Assembly (NCBI GenBank): GCA_038824665.1
Contig: JAWBBK010000001.1
Coordinates: forward strand, 256,001-320,000
Source: Acidilobaceae archaeon
Lineage (GTDB): Archaea > Thermoproteota > Thermoprotei_A > Sulfolobales > Acidilobaceae
Length of the DNA stretch: 64,000 nucleotides
Direction: 5' to 3'
The notes below the pieces were generated by a model. That model was given only the letters and a program-made list of their open reading frames with translations, ran no database searches and was not told the origin of the DNA. Of this stretch, positions 29,249 to 37,910 are shown one piece after another (positions within the stretch are counted from its first letter, which is position 1; every line of letters begins with the position of its first letter). Both the position numbers and the translations under genes were made by a program.

Positions 29249-30093
29249 TCAAGAGGTTCAGCTGAAAACCCAGTTCTACATTCAATCTTCTTCTCTGCAC
29301 AAACCTTTCTCATTGTGTTGATCACGTTCTCTAGCCATGCTTTATTCCTGGCTTTCAGAGCGTACTCTCTAAGAGGGTGATGTTCTTCGAACATGAAAGG
29401 CTTGACTCTAAGAGGATCGAAGTAAAGTATTGAGCGCGTTCTTACCGCTATTTCGGTCACTGCCTCAACTGTAGCCAGGTCGTCGTTTATCTCAGGTATG
29501 ATGGGACCATAGAAGACCCAGGTCGTCACCCCTCTTTTAGCGAGTTCTTCAAGAGCGTTTATACGAGCTTTCGGAGGAGGAGCGTGAGGCTCTATGAAGC
29601 TGGCAACTTTTCTATCCACTGTCGTTATAGTAAAGCCCACATCGACAAGCTTTCTATGAGCTTCTATAAGGTCTAAGTCTCTGAGCACCATAGGGTTCTT
29701 CGTCTGAACGCTAACACGAAATCCGCGAGACAGTAGGATTTCGAGAGACCTCCTAGTGAGCTTGAAGACGGACTCTATGGGCTGATATGGGTCAGTGATA
29801 GTACTCACACATATTGAACTCTTCGAGATCTTTTTGATCTCTTTCTCGAGAACCTTGAACACGTTTATCTTAGCTACGACCGCTTGACCCCAATTCTCTC
29901 TGACTCTCTTGTCGTTTACATAAAGCCTTGCGTAACAGTAAAGACAACCATGTGAACATCCCACATAGGGGTTGAGAGCGTAATCGGCGTCTGGAAGTCC
30001 TGTTTTTGAGAGAGCTCTTCTAACTCTCTCAACTGCTACCGCTATTCTTCCGAATCTTCTAATCCTGCAGATAATCATCGAGGCTCCTCTCAA
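29245..30093 (-). CDS. Radical SAM protein, spore-photoproduct-lyase-like
   Basis: LNPYVGCSHGCLYCYA, STITDPYQPIE, QTK, GPIIPEIND. Confidence 0.88.
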   Translation of the reverse strand: MRGASMIICRIRRFGRIAVAVERVRRALSKTGLPDADYALNPYVGCSHGCLYCYARLYVNDKRVRENWGQAVVAKINVFKVLEKEIKKISKSSICVSTITDPYQPIESVFKLTRRSLEILLSRGFRVSVQTKNPMVLRDLDLIEAHRKLVDVGFTITTVDRKVASFIEPHAPPPKARINALEELAKRGVTTWVFYGPIIPEINDDLATVEAVTEIAVRTRSILYFDPLRVKPFMFEEHHPLREYALKARNKAWLENVINTMRKVCAEKKIECRTGFSAEPLD

Positions 30094-31291
30094 ATACTAC
30101 TGTCTTCAACAACCTTGAGGCTCTGAACCAGCGCTTCCAGCTTAATCTACTTTCTTTGTTTATGAGTTCTGCGACTTCTTTTAGCTCGTTTGTTCTAAGA
30201 ATAGGACCTTTTCTGAACATAGCTCTAGCCATTTCTCTAACGAACCAGACTCCGATAGGTATGTTGAACCCCTCGTATATTTCTCTCATCATGATTACAG
30301 CGGCTTGTTTTCTTCTTTTCTCAAGGTGTTCGAGAACAGCTAACATGCTAGCGTAGTAGCAACCGCCGATACTCGGGTAGTCAGTTCTCCCATCATATAG
30401 CTCGTAGTCTCCCTCGACTACGACCTCCTCTGTAGGGTTCCAAGTAGACCCAGGCCACCAGGCCTCCATCCACTCAAAGCTCCAGACTCTAGGCAAAAGC
30501 ACAGCTATGAAGAGATTGTCATAGCCTTTGTGTAAATACACCTCGATCTCGCTGATCGGTTCGTAGCTCTTCACTTTCTTGAGAAGCGTTCTTGAGAGTA
30601 TAGAGTCTACAGCCGTTATGCTCCATCTCGTCGGTACTAACCTTCTAGCTCTTCTTGTGCCAAGAGCTCCTACGCTTAGAAGTCTCTGTATATGGGATAC
30701 CGGTACTCCTTCTTTGTACAAAGTCCACACAGCATCAACGGTCTTTAGGTCAATATCTGAGTAAACCTTCTCTACAGGTTTCAGTACAGTTAGGTTTCCT
30801 TTAACCACTATCTTCTCAAGAGGAGATCCAGGACCCATAGGAGGTAGCTCTTCGCTAAGAGCTACTCTGGGTTTAGGAGGTTTAGCTAAGACCATGAACA
30901 CGTCGACAGGTCTTGAACTTAAAGCCAAAAACCTCAGCTCTTCTACTAGCTTGTCATCAAGCTTGAGGACATGTGTATGACTCCATCCGTAGACCATACT
31001 GAGCCTGTAGTCTAGCACCTCCTCAAGTTTGAGTCCTAGCCAGAGCTCGGGGAAATCAAAGACCTTTGTGTCCCCGGTCTCAGGAGGAGTCGCTGGACCA
31101 ATCCTGACCTTGGGATAACCGGTTCTACCGACGAAGACTGAAGGTGGACTAGAGCCCTCGACAACATTAGACCTCGTTATTGGCGTCAGCCTCAAGAGAG
31201 CTGAGGACTTGGCTAAGACCGGACAATAGGCTAGTCCGCAGAAGCCTCTTCCTCTACACGTCACGCAGAGCTTAAAGTCAACTCTTCTCAG
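30059..31291 (-). CDS. Nre family DNA repair protein
   Basis: LCVTCRG..CG...CP, GSSPPSVFVG, LVPTRWSITAVD, GGCYYA, PIGVWFVRE, PIP-like SLDDYL tail; start placed at CTG 31291 to keep the first Cys. Confidence 0.9.
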   Translation of the reverse strand: MRRVDFKLCVTCRGRGFCGLAYCPVLAKSSALLRLTPITRSNVVEGSSPPSVFVGRTGYPKVRIGPATPPETGDTKVFDFPELWLGLKLEEVLDYRLSMVYGWSHTHVLKLDDKLVEELRFLALSSRPVDVFMVLAKPPKPRVALSEELPPMGPGSPLEKIVVKGNLTVLKPVEKVYSDIDLKTVDAVWTLYKEGVPVSHIQRLLSVGALGTRRARRLVPTRWSITAVDSILSRTLLKKVKSYEPISEIEVYLHKGYDNLFIAVLLPRVWSFEWMEAWWPGSTWNPTEEVVVEGDYELYDGRTDYPSIGGCYYASMLAVLEHLEKRRKQAAVIMMREIYEGFNIPIGVWFVREMARAMFRKGPILRTNELKEVAELINKESRLSWKRWFRASRLLKTVVFERSLDDYLQD

Positions 31292-31329
31292 AGCGACTCC
31301 CGAGATTGGAAAACGCTTAAAGGCTTTAA

Positions 31330-31725
31330 CTTCAATCTCTAGAACTAACTTCTGAACCTCACAACTCTGATCAGCTTCTCGACATCTACAGCTTAAGCTT
31401 CTTCTCTCAGAGTTCTTAACTCTTCAGCTCTGATTCTTAGAGTCTAAGGATTTTGTTCGATTTTGTTCAATGCCTCTAGAAGCTCGAGTTCGGCTACAGG
31501 CTTCCGTTTGCTCCTTTAGACCTCCGTTCTTGTTGTATCGAGTTTTGTGTAGTTCGTGCTAGCTCTCCTTTGTTTGCCAGATCCTCTGGAACTACGTAGA
31601 CCTTTAGGCTTTGACTGATCTTGACTTTTGAGGTCAGAGATCGCAGACTTTCTTTACGATCAGCTTCATCTTCACGTCTTTTAGCGACTCGTAGCTCATA
31701 GCGTTAATGTCAGTCTCGAGCTGAG
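31330..31725 (-). pseudogene. Possible decayed gene remnant
   Basis: Coding-like purine bias with broken frames (MSYESLKDVKMKLIVKK; AELELLEALNKIEQNP*TLRIRAEELRTLREEA*). Confidence 0.3.
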
Positions 31726-31753
31726 AGGCGCAACGTTAAACGTTTCAACTAGC

Positions 31754-32170
31754 TTATTGCATGAGCCTCTTTAGAACAGCTCTTCCCTCTTCGGTTTCTG
31801 AAAGGAGTTCTGTCAGCCTTTTGAGTTTAGCTAAAGTCAGAGGGTCTAGAGCGTGTTCCAGCTCGTGAGCATCTCTCTCAACGACATCATCAGGTAGCCC
31901 TAAGAGCGTTAGGAACCTCTTCACTGTTTCATGTTTAGCTGAGGTAGCTTCAGCGTAGGCTCTACCAAGACTAGTCAGCGTTACTCCTCCATGTTTCTCA
32001 TAGTTTACAAGACCTTCTTTGCTTAATTTCTTAAGCGCTTGAACTACAGTGGGAGGCTTCACGCCTAAAGCGGTCGCTATGTCTTTTACTCTAGCGTAAC
32101 CTTTGACTTGAGAAACCTCGTAGATACATCTTAAATAGTCTTCGCTCTTACCGTACCTTCTCCGATTCAA
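31754..32170 (-). CDS. DtxR/MntR family metal-dependent regulator
   Basis: EDYLRCIY, ARVKDIA..LGVKPPTV, LT..G, KH...RFL, DAHELEH. Confidence 0.92.
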   Translation of the reverse strand: MNRRRYGKSEDYLRCIYEVSQVKGYARVKDIATALGVKPPTVVQALKKLSKEGLVNYEKHGGVTLTSLGRAYAEATSAKHETVKRFLTLLGLPDDVVERDAHELEHALDPLTLAKLKRLTELLSETEEGRAVLKRLMQ

Positions 32171-32807
32171 GTTCTTGCATCCTCACCAAGATCATTGGAG
32201 TCAGAGAAGCTAAACTATTCGCTTGACTTTCAGCTTCAGAACTCTTCAAGAGAACGTAGACAAGAACAAAGGCAAGAACCAAAGAAAAGATAGCCCAGAG
32301 GAACAGAAGGAATCCAGCTTTCTCATATACAACAAACACTAAGCTCTTTTCTTCGATAGGCTTCTCTAGCTTTAAAATTCCAGCTAAAGTTGTGAAGGAG
32401 CCTAGCGTTGGCAGTGCTGGAAGCACGTCGTTAGCTACAACTCTGAGAAGCGAGTAGAGGAGAGTGAGAGCTAGAGCTGAGATCAAAGCAGAAGAGGCTA
32501 AGAACTCTACGGCCTCGAGCTCTCTCCTTCTGGCTAGACGATAAAGTCCAGCTGTGACTGAGGCTAAGTTTAGAAAAGCTATTACGCCTACCACCAAAGA
32601 TACTTTTCTTACGCTGTCTAGAGGAGGAACTCTGACCTCTGTTCCTAGAATTTCTAGCTCATAACCTAACAGGCTTATGTGACCAGAGATAGCTTGACCT
32701 TTATAGGAGACTAGCTCGGTGACGAGAGCGTAGAGAACTAGTAGGGACGCCAGAGCTGAAGAAACAGCTGTAATTTTTACCAAAGCTCTGATCTCGTTAA
32801 CCTGCAA
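32148..32807 (-). CDS. Hypothetical membrane protein (about 4 TM)
   Basis: Four hydrophobic segments; overlaps both neighbours. Confidence 0.75.
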   Translation of the reverse strand: MQVNEIRALVKITAVSSALASLLVLYALVTELVSYKGQAISGHISLLGYELEILGTEVRVPPLDSVRKVSLVVGVIAFLNLASVTAGLYRLARRRELEAVEFLASSALISALALTLLYSLLRVVANDVLPALPTLGSFTTLAGILKLEKPIEEKSLVFVVYEKAGFLLFLWAIFSLVLAFVLVYVLLKSSEAESQANSLASLTPMILVRMQELESEKVR

Positions 32808-33819
32808 AGACCTCTACCCCTCTAGCTCTTTCAACTCCCAAAAAGACGTAGTTTATCCTGACATCGTAGACTCCAGGTCCAGGAACCTCAACTAACAGAA
32901 CTCCCAAAGGTTCTATGGTCTTCAAGCTTCTCTCTACTATCGTCAACCTGTTCTTATCTATTATCGTAACCATCACCTCTAGAGGCACACGGTTGCGGTT
33001 AATCACGAAAACTTTAGATCCTGAGACCTCTATGTCGGGCTCTCTCCACATGAAAGAAGCTACATATCTTCCTTCAAGTCTACCTATATCGAGGTCTATA
33101 GAACAAGATGTTCTGACGAACTCATAGATTGATGCAGGCGGAGTTGGAGGCACGTAGGGTCTTTCGGCAGACCTCACGCTATAGAGCCACTCAAAGTACT
33201 CTTCAGGCAAGCGTACTTTCACAGTGTTCTGAACAACTCTCGTTTCGAGTTGGCCGAACCCATCTACGCTACAGGAGGCGGACCTAATCTCTAGGTTCTC
33301 GAGACCGAGCTCTACGATGAAGAGTCCCTCTTCTAGGTTAATCCTAACACTGTTCAGCTTGATTTCGGGTATTGGATAGGTTAAAGGGCTCTGATCTATG
33401 TAGAGAGATCCAACGGCAACAGCGTTAATAACCAAGGCTATAGAGGTCACAGTGGTCAAAATCTTGAAGCCTCTTGGTGCTAGAGTGAGAGTAGCGTGCG
33501 TTAGTAAAGCTGTCGCTAAGATCACAGATAGAGCCCAAAGGATAGTCGGTATCTCTAAAATCACGCTATAAGTAGGGTTTTCTGAAGTAGTGTTCTCACT
33601 TAACTGACAGGTGGTTCTCAGAGGGTCCCAGCAGTAAAACGTTTTGTTTCCAGTAAGGAGAACGTAAGAGGCGACTCCTACGAACGCTGGAAAAGAGTTG
33701 GAAGGGCCTATAAGAGCTACGGGGAACCAAAGGAGTTTGCCTAGAAGCAGAGCAGAGATTATCAAACCTAGGATTAAAGAAGCTAAAGCTGAAGTGCGAG
33801 AAAAAAGAAAAGAAGGCAA
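32797..33819 (-). CDS. Hypothetical membrane protein with beta-rich extracellular domain
   Basis: Three N-terminal TM segments, C-terminal Ig-like strands (PGPGVYDVRINY). Confidence 0.75.
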   Translation of the reverse strand: MPSFLFSRTSALASLILGLIISALLLGKLLWFPVALIGPSNSFPAFVGVASYVLLTGNKTFYCWDPLRTTCQLSENTTSENPTYSVILEIPTILWALSVILATALLTHATLTLAPRGFKILTTVTSIALVINAVAVGSLYIDQSPLTYPIPEIKLNSVRINLEEGLFIVELGLENLEIRSASCSVDGFGQLETRVVQNTVKVRLPEEYFEWLYSVRSAERPYVPPTPPASIYEFVRTSCSIDLDIGRLEGRYVASFMWREPDIEVSGSKVFVINRNRVPLEVMVTIIDKNRLTIVERSLKTIEPLGVLLVEVPGPGVYDVRINYVFLGVERARGVEVFAG

Positions 33820-33845
33820 AGGGAAGCCCTCTAGGTCTCTACTAA

Positions 33846-34475
33846 TTACCTAGGAGGCTCAGTCGAATGGCTCACGTAGAAGCCAACTCTGAACGTAGCT
33901 GTGCCAGCGCTTTGAGCATCAATGAATAAGTCTAACTGAACGCCTTCATCAGGATCTAGGGTAAAGCTCGCCATATAACCTATTATCGTTAGGTCTAACT
34001 TTGTTACTAGTAGACTACCCTTGTAGACTCTGAGTTCGGCTACTGTCACAGGTATTTCGGTTATTGCGTCCTCAACTACTAAAGTGACGTAAGTCGGAGT
34101 CGTTACTCCTCTACTGTAGTAGCCAAAGCCGTAGAAGTCCTTTATGTACCAGCTACCTACAGCGAGAGGTAGCGTGACGCTTATAGACTCATAAAGCATG
34201 TAGTCGTTGAATCTACAGACAACATCGCCAGGAGTTATAGTTATGTAGTTGTTACCGTATGTGACAGCGTTATAGTTGGTACCGGCTAGAGGCAGTGGAA
34301 TGCCTGGTTGGGCTGCGCTGCTGTAAAAACCTGTACAGGTAGCTCCTGCGGCCTGTTCGGGTCCGACGACAGTGATCGTGCCGGAAAGCCATCTATATGC
34401 AAAAGCAGCTGCGTTGGCTACGGCTAGTAGAGCTACTATCGCTAGAGTTCCTAGGACTAAGAGTTTTCTTTCCAT
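33846..34475 (-). CDS. Secreted beta-rich protein, candidate filament/matrix subunit
   Basis: Signal peptide MERK-hydrophobic-ANA, GAGGTG RBS, Thr/Tyr/Gly-rich, two Cys, no C-terminal anchor. Confidence 0.75.
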   Translation of the reverse strand: MERKLLVLGTLAIVALLAVANAAAFAYRWLSGTITVVGPEQAAGATCTGFYSSAAQPGIPLPLAGTNYNAVTYGNNYITITPGDVVCRFNDYMLYESISVTLPLAVGSWYIKDFYGFGYYSRGVTTPTYVTLVVEDAITEIPVTVAELRVYKGSLLVTKLDLTIIGYMASFTLDPDEGVQLDLFIDAQSAGTATFRVGFYVSHSTEPPR

Positions 34476-34544
34476 GCAGCAGTTACACCTCTGTTTCGTG
34501 TCTTTCTTAGAAGTGTTTACAGCTAAAAAACTTTATAGTCTAAA

Positions 34545-34604
34545 GGGGGTCGGTCGTTCCGGCTCTCGTCATCTCCTCTGGCGACCCTCTTACACCTCAT
34601 CCCT
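34545..34604 (-). ncRNA. Box C/D methylation guide sRNA
   Basis: C GGATGA - GGTGTAAGAGGGTCGC - D' CAGA - GG - C' AGATGA - CGAGAGCCGGAACGA - D CCGA; guides match conserved archaeal 23S segments GACCCUCUUA and GUUCCGGC (recalled). Confidence 0.82.
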
Positions 34605-34748
34605 AGAGAACGTTTTCCCTTCTGGGCTATTAGGCTCTTTTTGTAGAGACTTTCCGAATCGGCTCAGAGACCTTGGCGAACAGAGTTCCATGAGTCCGAA
34701 CTCCAAACATATAAAGGCGGGAGGTTCAGCAGACTTCGGTGAGGAGGA

Positions 34749-34826
34749 GCCGCGGTAGTATAGCCTGGACCAGTATGCGGGCCTGTCAAGCCCGTGACCC
34801 GGGTTCAAATCCCGGCCGCGGCGCCA
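34749..34826 (+). tRNA. tRNA-Asp(GTC), CCA encoded
   Basis: GCCGCGG/CCGCGGC acceptor, CGGGC-CTGTCAA-GCCCG anticodon arm, GGTTCAAATCC; ATATAAA box near 34709. Confidence 0.97.
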
Positions 34827-34922
34827 TAGCTCAACTCTTCTACAGCAAGGACAAACTCAAGGCTTCTACGTTCATATGAAGACCTCTGGGTATAAGAGAC
34901 CTCTCTTGAAGACCTAAGAAGG

Positions 34923-35411
34923 GTGTTGAACAGATTGACTCTGAAGACTACTAGAGCAAAGCTTGAGATTCCTCCCAACATCGTTGAGGAACTTCTAGCT
35001 CTTCATGCAGCATTTGATGCTGAGAGCGGACATCTAGTCTGTCACACCTCTCCACTAAAAGTCATCGTAGTGGAGTCTCGTTCACGTATAGTTCCGCTCG
35101 TCCAGATCGGAAACTGTACTTACGCTACTGTTGGCGAGGAGAATGTAAAGGCTTTAGTCGAAGGGTCGGAGGGTAGCGCAACTCTGGTCGTGAGATCGAC
35201 AGACATCTTCGAAATCGGTTCCTTCAAGATAGTGAACAGAGAGGTTCTCGAGATCCTCGGGAGCTTCTCAGTCTATTCGATGGACGTTTATGTAGCGGTT
35301 CTTGACGGAAGTCCAGCAGGTCTAATCACTCTAAAAGGCGAAGGAGCGACTTTAGCCATTCTGGCAACAAGTTGTGAAGAGGAGAGAAGGAAGGAACCGC
35401 TCCACGTATAA
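34923..35411 (+). CDS. Hypothetical protein
   Basis: 162-aa ORF with host-like codon usage, TATAAG upstream. Confidence 0.65.
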   Translation: MLNRLTLKTTRAKLEIPPNIVEELLALHAAFDAESGHLVCHTSPLKVIVVESRSRIVPLVQIGNCTYATVGEENVKALVEGSEGSATLVVRSTDIFEIGSFKIVNREVLEILGSFSVYSMDVYVAVLDGSPAGLITLKGEGATLAILATSCEEERRKEPLHV

Positions 35412-35454
35412 TAGCTCTGGGACTTCTAGCACTATCTTCATCTGGGTTTAAGAT

Positions 35455-36066
35455 TTGGCGCTCAGAGTCGGACTTTTAGCTCTTCAAGGAGGATTCGAAG
35501 AACATATTCACATGGTCTCTAGAGCGTGCAAAGAGCTAGGGCTTGAGTGCGAGGTTCTGTTCGTGAAAAAGCCTGAAGATCTGAGCAAGGTTTCAGCTTT
35601 GATATTACCTGGAGGCGAGTCTACAACGATCAAGAAGCTGATGGAGAAAACAGGGCTCACAAAGGAACTCTCTAAGACTTTAGAAGCAGGGCTTCCAGCT
35701 ATGGGGGTCTGTGCTGGAGCTATACTGCTAGCGGGACGAGTAGTAGATGGGACTACGGGAAAGAGCTATGGGACAGGTCTAGGATGCTTAAGGGCTAATG
35801 TGATCAGGAATTACTTCGGGAGACAGAGAGAGTCCTTTGAAGTTGACCTGAAGCTCAACATACCTTTAGAGCCTGAGAGACCTTTCAGAGCGGTGTTCAT
35901 TAGAGCTCCTGTGTTCACAGACGTTGGCGAAGGAGTTAAAGTGCTTGGCGAACTTGAAGGATATCCTGTAGCTTTAGAACAGGACTCTATAATAGCTCTA
36001 GCCTTTCATCCTGAGCTGACAGGAGACGTTAGACTTCACAAACTCTTCTTAATGAAAGCGTTCTAG
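35455..36066 (+). CDS. pdxT: PLP synthase glutaminase subunit
   Basis: [43 protein letters not shown]. Confidence 0.96.
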   Translation: MALRVGLLALQGGFEEHIHMVSRACKELGLECEVLFVKKPEDLSKVSALILPGGESTTIKKLMEKTGLTKELSKTLEAGLPAMGVCAGAILLAGRVVDGTTGKSYGTGLGCLRANVIRNYFGRQRESFEVDLKLNIPLEPERPFRAVFIRAPVFTDVGEGVKVLGELEGYPVALEQDSIIALAFHPELTGDVRLHKLFLMKAF

Positions 36067-37145
36067 ACTCCGCGAGTCTGTAAGAGTTCTTCAGGTCTCA
36101 AAGTCCTTATGTCTATCCCCATCATAGACTTGGTCTCGCTGACCATGGACTGAGCGTCCAACACTTTCTCGGGGTCGTCCCAAAAGGCTGTAGCGAGCAC
36201 TATTGCTTCAGCTCTGGTCTGAGGGTCTTCGCTCTTGAAGATACCGGAACCCACGAAGACACCATCAGCTCCTAGCCACATCATCAAAGCAGCATCGGCT
36301 GGAGTGGCTATACCTCCAGCAGCGAAGTTTACTACAGGAAGTCTACCTATGCGAGCTGTCAAGTCCACGAGTTCTGGAGGCACTCCGTACTCTCTAGCCG
36401 TTCGTACTCTATCCTCAGAAGCTAGGACTCTGATTTTAGCTATCTCAGCGTTTATGGTTCTCATGTGTTTAACGGCTTCAGCCACGTTCCCTGTTCCAGC
36501 CTCGCCTTTTGTTCTGATCCAAGAAGACCCTTCGTATATCCTTCTTAGAGCCTCACCTAAATCTCTAGCTCCGTTTATGAAGGGCACTCTAAAGAGCCAC
36601 TTGTTTATGTGTCTCTGTTCATCAGCTGGAGTCAGGACCTCGCTCTCATCGATAGCGTCAACTCCCAACTCTTCCAGAATCACAGCCTCGTAGTAATGCC
36701 CAATTCTGACCTTAGCTGTCACGGGTATGCTTACAGTCTCCATTACCTCTCTTATCACCTTAGGGTCTGCCATTCTGGCCACGCCTCCGCTTTTTCTCAC
36801 ATCGTAGGGTAGCTTGTCCAAAACCATTACAGAAACTGCTCCAGCCTCTTCAGCTATTTCTGCTTGTTTGGGATTCGTTACATCCATACAGACTCCTCCT
36901 TTCTGAAAAACAGGAAACCCGTACTTGACCCTTAGAGTTCCTCTTTTTGGCACAGTTATGGCGTCAGGGAGTCTATCAGGACCGTAGTTGAAGTAAAGTC
37001 CTTCGCTCTTTAGAATGTCTGCCACCTCTACGAGTCTGTAGAAGAATTCGACTATAGCGTTGAAGCCTACCTCTACAAGCCTATAGTCGACCGGTCTCCT
37101 GAGTCTGGACAACCTTACAGGCCCTGAAGGCTTTCCAAAGCTCAA
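36063..37145 (-). CDS. pdxS: PLP synthase lyase subunit
   Basis: [53 protein letters not shown]. Confidence 0.97.
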   Translation of the reverse strand: MSFGKPSGPVRLSRLRRPVDYRLVEVGFNAIVEFFYRLVEVADILKSEGLYFNYGPDRLPDAITVPKRGTLRVKYGFPVFQKGGVCMDVTNPKQAEIAEEAGAVSVMVLDKLPYDVRKSGGVARMADPKVIREVMETVSIPVTAKVRIGHYYEAVILEELGVDAIDESEVLTPADEQRHINKWLFRVPFINGARDLGEALRRIYEGSSWIRTKGEAGTGNVAEAVKHMRTINAEIAKIRVLASEDRVRTAREYGVPPELVDLTARIGRLPVVNFAAGGIATPADAALMMWLGADGVFVGSGIFKSEDPQTRAEAIVLATAFWDDPEKVLDAQSMVSETKSMMGIDIRTLRPEELLQTRGV

Positions 37146-37192
37146 AACCTATAAGCGTTGAGGGGGTTCTCGAAACAGCTCTGGGGCATTCG

Positions 37193-37870
37193 ATGTCTCA
37201 AAACAAAAGAGGGTTCTTGAGAGCTTCTGAGGCAGTAGCAGCATCCTATCTCGAAAGCATGGGCTTTAAGATAATCGAGGTACATAAGAAGGTCTCTCTA
37301 GGAGGAGTAGATGTAAGCGATGTAGACATAGTAGCAGAGAAGGACAACGTAATGTACGCTATTGAAGTTAAGAGCGGAGCTGTGGATGTAGATGCAATCA
37401 GACAAGCTTATGCTAACGCTAAGGTCTTAGGAATGAAGCCTGCTGTCGTTGGACGCGGACTTGCTGATGAGAGAGCCTCAGCTTTAGCTAAAGAGCTCGG
37501 GGTCGAGGTTTACCTTCTCTCAGATCTCTTAGTTGTTCAAGCGTCAGAACTCAGAGACATAGTGTATGAGGCTGTCTATAGTGCTCTAAACGACCTTTTG
37601 AGCTTTCTAGCTTCATGCGTAGAACTTAGGCCAGAGGACGAAAGAGTCGTAGAGGCTTTAGCTACGTCTTCCACCATTTTGAGCGTTGCGGAGAAGCTTG
37701 GAGTCTCAGAGCAGGAGGCAGCTAAACTCATTGCGTCTCTAAGCGAAAGAGGAGTCCTCCCTCGAGGCTCTATTAGGGTCCTCTCTTTGGCATCAAAAGC
37801 GATACTCCTATGTAGAAACAGGCTTTCCTCAACGAACTCTTCAAACCATTCAACAAATACTAAAGTTTAA
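37193..37870 (+). CDS. PD-(D/E)XK restriction-endonuclease-like protein with C-terminal HTH
   Basis: E..A..YLE..GF, DVDIVAEK, AIEVKSG. Confidence 0.8.
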   Translation: MSQNKRGFLRASEAVAASYLESMGFKIIEVHKKVSLGGVDVSDVDIVAEKDNVMYAIEVKSGAVDVDAIRQAYANAKVLGMKPAVVGRGLADERASALAKELGVEVYLLSDLLVVQASELRDIVYEAVYSALNDLLSFLASCVELRPEDERVVEALATSSTILSVAEKLGVSEQEAAKLIASLSERGVLPRGSIRVLSLASKAILLCRNRLSSTNSSNHSTNTKV

Positions 37871-37910
37871 AATAGGTTAATAAGTCATAAAAAGAGGGGG
37901 TGAGGGGGTT

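Noticed and set aside
34545-34595. Plus-strand hairpin GGGGGTCG...CGACCCTC followed by ACA, suggesting an H/ACA RNA
   Set aside because: No K-turn on that strand; the minus strand gives a full C/D layout with two rRNA-matching guides
34372-34808. ORFs 34372-34758 (+) and 34590-34808 (-)
   Set aside because: They overlap the C/D sRNA, tRNA-Asp and promoters, which explain the sequence better
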